DNA of 62,522 nucleotides, filler included, from Thermodesulfobacteriota bacterium (GTDB taxonomy: Bacteria; DASVDK01), in assembly GCA_036381125.1 (NCBI GenBank). It is 6 parts of 6 records of this genome, joined end to end, with 100 filler letters (N's around TTAATTAATTAA, not from the genome) between each part and the next. Parts side by side here need not be neighbours in the genome. Positions count along the whole stretch, not along the records: positions 56,471 to 62,522 come from DASVDK010000287.1; 5 more parts are not named here. The stretch is one strand, 5' to 3'. The notes beneath the pieces were generated by a model that was given only the letters and a program-made list of their open reading frames with translations, did no database searches and had not been told where the DNA came from. The position numbers and the translations under genes are program-made. Below are positions 58,050 to 62,522 of this stretch, piece after piece. Every line of letters begins with the position of its first letter. The first letter of the stretch is position 1.

Positions 58050-59174
58050 TCAGATGCCCCGCTCGCGCTCCGCGCCGTCCCCGCTCGCCGCCTCGCTCCC
58101 GGCGTGAATGCCGAGCGCGGCGAGCCCCGAGGCGACCCTGGCGAGGTGGGCCCCCATGTCGGCCCGCGCGTTCTGGAGCATGGTGATCGACCTCGCGAGG
58201 CGGCCGTCGAGCTCCTCCTGGAGGGCGCCGAGGTGCCGCTCGACCGAGGCGAGGAAGGCCTCGAGGCGCTCGAGGTCGACGTGGCGCTCGGCGCGAAGGG
58301 TCGTCTGGAAGACGAGCAGCAGGTAGGGAACGAAGAGGCTGTAGCTCACGAGCACGACGCTCGACTGGAAGGCGTCGGCGTGGATGCCGGCGCAGAGGTC
58401 GTAGACGGCGTCGGGGACGGCGGCCACCCCGAAGCTCGCCGTCACGCGCGGGTCGAGGTACTTGCGCACCTCGCGCGCCCGCGCGAGGACGGCGGCCTCG
58501 ATCTCGGCCCTGAGCCGCTCCCGCTCGGCCGGGTCCTCGGCGGCGGCGAACCGCTCGACGAGCGGCGTCGCGGCCCACTTGCTGTCGATCGGCAGGACGA
58601 GCCGGTTGGGGAGCCGGAGGCCGAACTCGACCGTCCGGTCCCCCACGCGGAAGTTGCGCACCTGCCACTCGGGCGGCAGGCGCGCGAAGACCGACTCGAG
58701 GATCTGCTCGCCGGCGGCCCCTTTCGTCTGCGAGCCGGCGATGACGGCCTCGAGCCTCCGGATCGACTCGGCCGTCCGCGCCTCGAGCTCCTGTCGGGCG
58801 CGGGCGTGGGTGCGCAGCGACGCCAGCTCCTCGGCGGCCCGGCCGAGGCCGTCGCGGATGGCCGCGGTCGCCTCGGCGAGCCCCCGCGCCATGGCGCGCT
58901 GCTCGGCGAGCCCGGCGCCGAGGCCGGCGATCCCCTGGTCGACCCGGCTCTGTCGCTGCTCGAGGGCGAGCACCCGCTCCGACAGCGCGCGAAGCTCCGC
59001 CTGCCCGGCGGCGACGGTCGTCTGGACGGCGGCGACCCCCTGGGCGAGGGAGCCGAGCGCTGCGGCGACGCCGTCGCCGGACGGTCGCTTCCGGAGCGCG
59101 AGGGCGACCGCGACGGCGGCGGCCGCGACGAGCGCGGCTGCGGCCAGGAGGGCGGCGGGCGGCGCCTCGGTCAC
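58050..59174 (-). CDS. rmuC: DNA recombination protein RmuC family
   Basis: N-terminal TM plus coiled coil, 'KGAAGEQIL', 'LP....LPIDSKW', 'KYLDP..T..F'. Confidence 0.85.
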   Translation of the reverse strand: MTEAPPAALLAAAALVAAAAVAVALALRKRPSGDGVAAALGSLAQGVAAVQTTVAAGQAELRALSERVLALEQRQSRVDQGIAGLGAGLAEQRAMARGLAEATAAIRDGLGRAAEELASLRTHARARQELEARTAESIRRLEAVIAGSQTKGAAGEQILESVFARLPPEWQVRNFRVGDRTVEFGLRLPNRLVLPIDSKWAATPLVERFAAAEDPAERERLRAEIEAAVLARAREVRKYLDPRVTASFGVAAVPDAVYDLCAGIHADAFQSSVVLVSYSLFVPYLLLVFQTTLRAERHVDLERLEAFLASVERHLGALQEELDGRLARSITMLQNARADMGAHLARVASGLAALGIHAGSEAASGDGAERERGI

Positions 59175-60316
59175 CTCCGCCGCCCCGCCGGCGCTCTCCC
59201 GTGGGCGTTCGGCTCGATGCCCGCCGCGCGCGCCAGCTCCCGGTGAATGCGGGCCACGCGCTCGACCTGCCCCTTCGCGGGAAAGCGCTCGTAGAAGCCG
59301 TCGGCCCGGAAGTCGCGCGCGAGGCCGCGGAAGGGGGCGAGCCGCGCCTCCCAGCGCCGCACGCGCCCCTCCTCGGGCGAGCCGTCCACGCGCGCGAGGT
59401 CGGCGCAGACCCTGAGCATCGCCTTCAGCGTGACCGGTCGGGTGACCATGTACGAGGCATGCCCCCACGCCTCGCCCCAGGCCCGCTCGGCGGCCTTGAG
59501 GAAGTCGCGCACGCGCTCGTAGAAGCGCTGCACGTCGCGGGCGCCGGTCCCCTCCCGCGCGATCGCCTTCCAGTCGGCGGCGACCCACCGGTGGATCTCG
59601 TTGAACAGCTCGGCCTGCAGGATCCACTTCTCCTGCCGGCTGCGGCCGCCGAGGCGGTTGATCTTGTAGCGGAGCGGGCTGTCGGCCTCGGCGTAGAGCT
59701 TCTGGACGACCCTGGCGGCGAACTTCTTGTCGGGGTCGGCCCAGGAGACGCGCTCGTAGAGGTCGACGAGGTGGCTCTTGTTGATGCGCGTCGGCGTCGA
59801 GTTGATGATGACGAACATCTCGGCGGCGAAGTCCTCGCTGCGGCCGTCGAAGATCACGCAGGGGACGTGGATCGTCCGCGCCTCGTCCTCGCGGGCGCGC
59901 CGGTAGAACTCGAGCGCGGCGAGCCGGTGCTGCCCGTCGATGACGAGGAACCGGCCGCGCGGCGGCTCGAGGTCCCCCACGCTCTCGAACCCGCGGACCG
60001 GGTCGAAGCGCAGGTGCTCGGGCGTGAAGAGGAGGATCGTGCCGGGGATGGGGGGCTGGCTCGAGGCGGTCTCGTAGAAGTTCCGGATGGCGGCGACCTT
60101 GGCCTTCGAGAGGCTCCGCTGGAACGCCTGGTCGGACCGCTCGATCTCGGCGATGAATCGGCCGATCTCGTCGTCGGCGGCGACCGGCTCCGGGGCGATC
60201 TGCTCGCCCTCGCCGTAGAACCGGCTGATGAAGCGCACCTTCGCGAGCAGGTCCTCGGCGGGATACGCCGCGAAGTAGAAGACGCCGTCCTTCTGTCGCA
60301 CCCGAGTCGCCAGCAT
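59171..60316 (-). CDS. DGQHR domain protein (DndB/ParB-like superfamily)
   Basis: 'FQRSLS..KV..I..F', 'PGTILL', 'VIDGQHRL', 'MFVIINS....INKS'. Confidence 0.9.
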   Translation of the reverse strand: MLATRVRQKDGVFYFAAYPAEDLLAKVRFISRFYGEGEQIAPEPVAADDEIGRFIAEIERSDQAFQRSLSKAKVAAIRNFYETASSQPPIPGTILLFTPEHLRFDPVRGFESVGDLEPPRGRFLVIDGQHRLAALEFYRRAREDEARTIHVPCVIFDGRSEDFAAEMFVIINSTPTRINKSHLVDLYERVSWADPDKKFAARVVQKLYAEADSPLRYKINRLGGRSRQEKWILQAELFNEIHRWVAADWKAIAREGTGARDVQRFYERVRDFLKAAERAWGEAWGHASYMVTRPVTLKAMLRVCADLARVDGSPEEGRVRRWEARLAPFRGLARDFRADGFYERFPAKGQVERVARIHRELARAAGIEPNAHGRAPAGRRR

Positions 60317-60471
60317 CCTCCCCCCCTGGTCGATCGCCCCGCGACGTGCCGCCTTCAGGTCGCACGACGCCCCTGACGCCGGCTGTCAGGGGACTGCCGG
60401 CCCATCCTAAGGGCTCTCACGGCCCGGTGGCAACCGCCTCGTCGTCGGGGAGGCGACGGCGCCGCGTGCGG

Positions 60472-62124
60472 TCAGGCCCACTCCGCGACGGCGTAGGTCT
60501 CGCGGCGCGGATCGGCGCCGGCGGTGCGCAGGCCGGTGCGGGGATCGACCCGGATCACCGAGGCGCCGCCGGTCGAGGCCGACCAGGGGTCGATGACCGA
60601 GACGGTGTGCCCGCGCTCCCTGAGGCCCGCGGCGGTCGCCTCGGGGAACCGCCCCTCGAGGACCACCTGGCCCATGCCGCCGGCAACGCCGCCGTACTCG
60701 CCGGCCGGGTCGGCGTCGTGGCGCCACCGCGGCCGCTCGATGGCCTCCTGCGGCGAGGCGCCGAGGCGCAGCAGGGCGTCGATGAGCTGCGCGAGCGTCT
60801 GCGGCTGCGCGTGCGCGCCGGGCGTGCCGACGAGCGCCTCGAGGCGCCCCTCGGCGTCGAGGACGAGGGCCGGGCAGAGGGTGTGGAAGGGGCGCTTGCC
60901 GGGGGCGAGGCAGTTCGGGTGGTCGGGCGCGAGCGCGAAGCCCGCACCCCGGTTGTGCCAGATGACGCCGGTCTCGGGGTCGGCCACCGCCGAGCCGAAG
61001 CTCTGGAAGAGGCTCTGCATGAGCGACACCCCCCGACCGCGCCGGTCGATGACGCAGAGGTAGGTCGTGTCGCCGCCGGTCGCGGCCGCGCCGAGCGCGC
61101 CGGGCGCGTAGCTCGCCGCCCGCTCGCGGCTCACGGCCGCGCGGCGGCGGCGCACGTAGCCCTCGTCGAGGAGCGAGGAGGCGGGGGCCGGCATCGCGGC
61201 CGGGTCGGCGAGGTAGCGGTCCCGATCGGCGAAGGCGACCTTCTTCGCCTCCACCCAGAGGTGCACCGCCTCGGCGCTCTCCCAGGGCCAGCGGTCGATG
61301 CCGAGCCCCTCGGCGATCCGCAAGAGGAGCAGCAGCGAAAGCCCGCTCGCGTTGGGCGCCATCCCGACCACGGTACGCCCCGCGTACGGCGCGGTGAGCG
61401 GCTCGACCCAGTCGCTGCGATGCGCGGCGAGGTCCTCCGCCGTCAGGAAGCCGCCGGTGCGCGCCGCGAAGGCGGCCAGCGCCCGCGCCACCCGACCGCG
61501 GTAGAAGGCGGCAGGCCCCTCGGCGATGATCGCGTCGAGCGTGGCGGCCAGCGCCGGCTGCACGAACCGCTCGCCGACGGCCGGCGGCCGGCCGTCGGGA
61601 CGGAGGATGGCGGCGAGCCCGGGGTCCTGCGGCGTCGCCGCGGCGATCGTCTCGGCGAGCCGCCGGTACATGGGGAAGCCGCGCGCGGCCAGCTCGCGCG
61701 CGGGCGCGAGCAGCTCGGCGAGCGGCCGCGAGCCGAACCGGTCGAGGACGTCGGCCCAGGCGGCCAGGGCGCCGGGGACCGTCAGCGTCGCGACGTGCGG
61801 GCCGTGCACGGGAACGCGCGTCCGGTGGCCCCGCTCGGCGAGCGCGCCGGGCGTGGCCGCCGCCGCCGCCCGGCCGCTCCCGTTGAGCGTGGCGACGCTG
61901 CGGCGCTCCGGGTCGTAGACGAGGATGAACGCGTCGCCGCCGAGGCCGCACATGTGCGGCCGCAGCACGGTGAGCGCCGCGGCGGCCGCCACGGCCGCGT
62001 CGACGGCCCCGCCCCCCGTGCGCAGCACGTCGAGGCCGATCTGGGCCGCCATCGGGTGGCCGGCCACGACGACCCCGGCCTCCCCCATGATGTCCGGGCG
62101 GAGCGGATGGGAAAACTTCGCCAC
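60472..62124 (-). CDS. Gamma-glutamyltransferase family Ntn-hydrolase
   Basis: 'GG.AVDAAVA', 'CGLGGDAF', 'DTTYL' nucleophile Thr, 'PGKRPFHTL', 'ADPRR'; RBS GGAGG before GTG 62124. Confidence 0.93.
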   Translation of the reverse strand: MAKFSHPLRPDIMGEAGVVVAGHPMAAQIGLDVLRTGGGAVDAAVAAAAALTVLRPHMCGLGGDAFILVYDPERRSVATLNGSGRAAAAATPGALAERGHRTRVPVHGPHVATLTVPGALAAWADVLDRFGSRPLAELLAPARELAARGFPMYRRLAETIAAATPQDPGLAAILRPDGRPPAVGERFVQPALAATLDAIIAEGPAAFYRGRVARALAAFAARTGGFLTAEDLAAHRSDWVEPLTAPYAGRTVVGMAPNASGLSLLLLLRIAEGLGIDRWPWESAEAVHLWVEAKKVAFADRDRYLADPAAMPAPASSLLDEGYVRRRRAAVSRERAASYAPGALGAAATGGDTTYLCVIDRRGRGVSLMQSLFQSFGSAVADPETGVIWHNRGAGFALAPDHPNCLAPGKRPFHTLCPALVLDAEGRLEALVGTPGAHAQPQTLAQLIDALLRLGASPQEAIERPRWRHDADPAGEYGGVAGGMGQVVLEGRFPEATAAGLRERGHTVSVIDPWSASTGGASVIRVDPRTGLRTAGADPRRETYAVAEWA

Positions 62125-62251
62125 CGGATACCTCCCGCGCGGGCCGCCGTCCGCGGGGCTCGATCGCATCGACCCCTTGCCAGGCGACCTGCGACCTAGT
62201 AGAGTCGGCGCCCAGTCATCATTCGGCCCGGCGGCCGGAAAGGAGCGCCCG

Positions 62252-62464
62252 TTGCTGTCCCAGATCGTCGTGCCGGTCGGCGCGGCCTACCTCACCGCGC
62301 TGGCCGTCGCCCTCCTCGTCGAGGTGACGCGGCCCCGCCCGCTGCGCGCGGTGCTCGCGGACGTCCCCCGCATCCTCCGCTACACGACGATGACCGTCGG
62401 CGTCCTCGTCGCGGCGCTCTGGTTCTACGCGTACCTGGGCCTCGTGCCGTCGAAGCCCTTCTAG
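62252..62464 (+). CDS. Small two-TM membrane protein
   Basis: RBS AAGGAG before TTG; upstream TTGCCA-N17-TAGAGT at 62177-62205; two hydrophobic segments. Confidence 0.65.
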   Translation: MLSQIVVPVGAAYLTALAVALLVEVTRPRPLRAVLADVPRILRYTTMTVGVLVAALWFYAYLGLVPSKPF

Positions 62465-62522
62465 CCCTTCACCGGTAGCGACAGCGCGGACGCGACGGCG
62501 CGAGCGACCTGGGCGAACGCCT

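Overview
This window is not one continuous locus. It holds six contig pieces of a very GC-rich bacterial genome (probably a draft or MAG) joined by five artificial 100-nt N/TTAATTAATTAA linkers, so adjacency across linkers means nothing. Contig 1 (1-14124) is the packaging, head and tail module of a lambda-like siphovirus or prophage. It has a cos-like dyad, a -1 frameshifted tail chaperone, and two small LexA-type HTH genes, each followed by the same promoter-like motif at identical spacing. Contig 2 (14225-38115) carries lhr-nei-queCED; a secreted RHS/YD gene split in frame by a complete IS21 (5-bp TSD) and lacking its toxin tip; ECF41 sigma plus flavodoxin; an HTTM-DCC pair next to DAGK-mqnC-ubiA; a Cle-like receiver protein with a sigma54 promoter; prpB-prpD; and TetR/racemase/SDR. 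Contig 3 (38216-44794) has a TctCBA transporter, an IorAB-like ThDP enzyme missing its proximal Fe-S cysteines, a hydrolase and the trailer end of a type I-E-like CRISPR array. Contig 4 has a GH57 C-terminal fragment, a DUF433/PIN toxin-antitoxin pair with a broken toxin, and a lipoprotein. Contig 5 has livK, yggS, maf, yjbQ and a c-di-GMP cluster containing a tandem array of structured repeats. Contig 6 has an IS630 fragment, decayed toxin-antitoxin remnants, a DGQHR-RmuC pair, a gamma-glutamyltransferase-family gene and a small membrane protein. All family assignments come from recognising motifs by eye; no database search was run.
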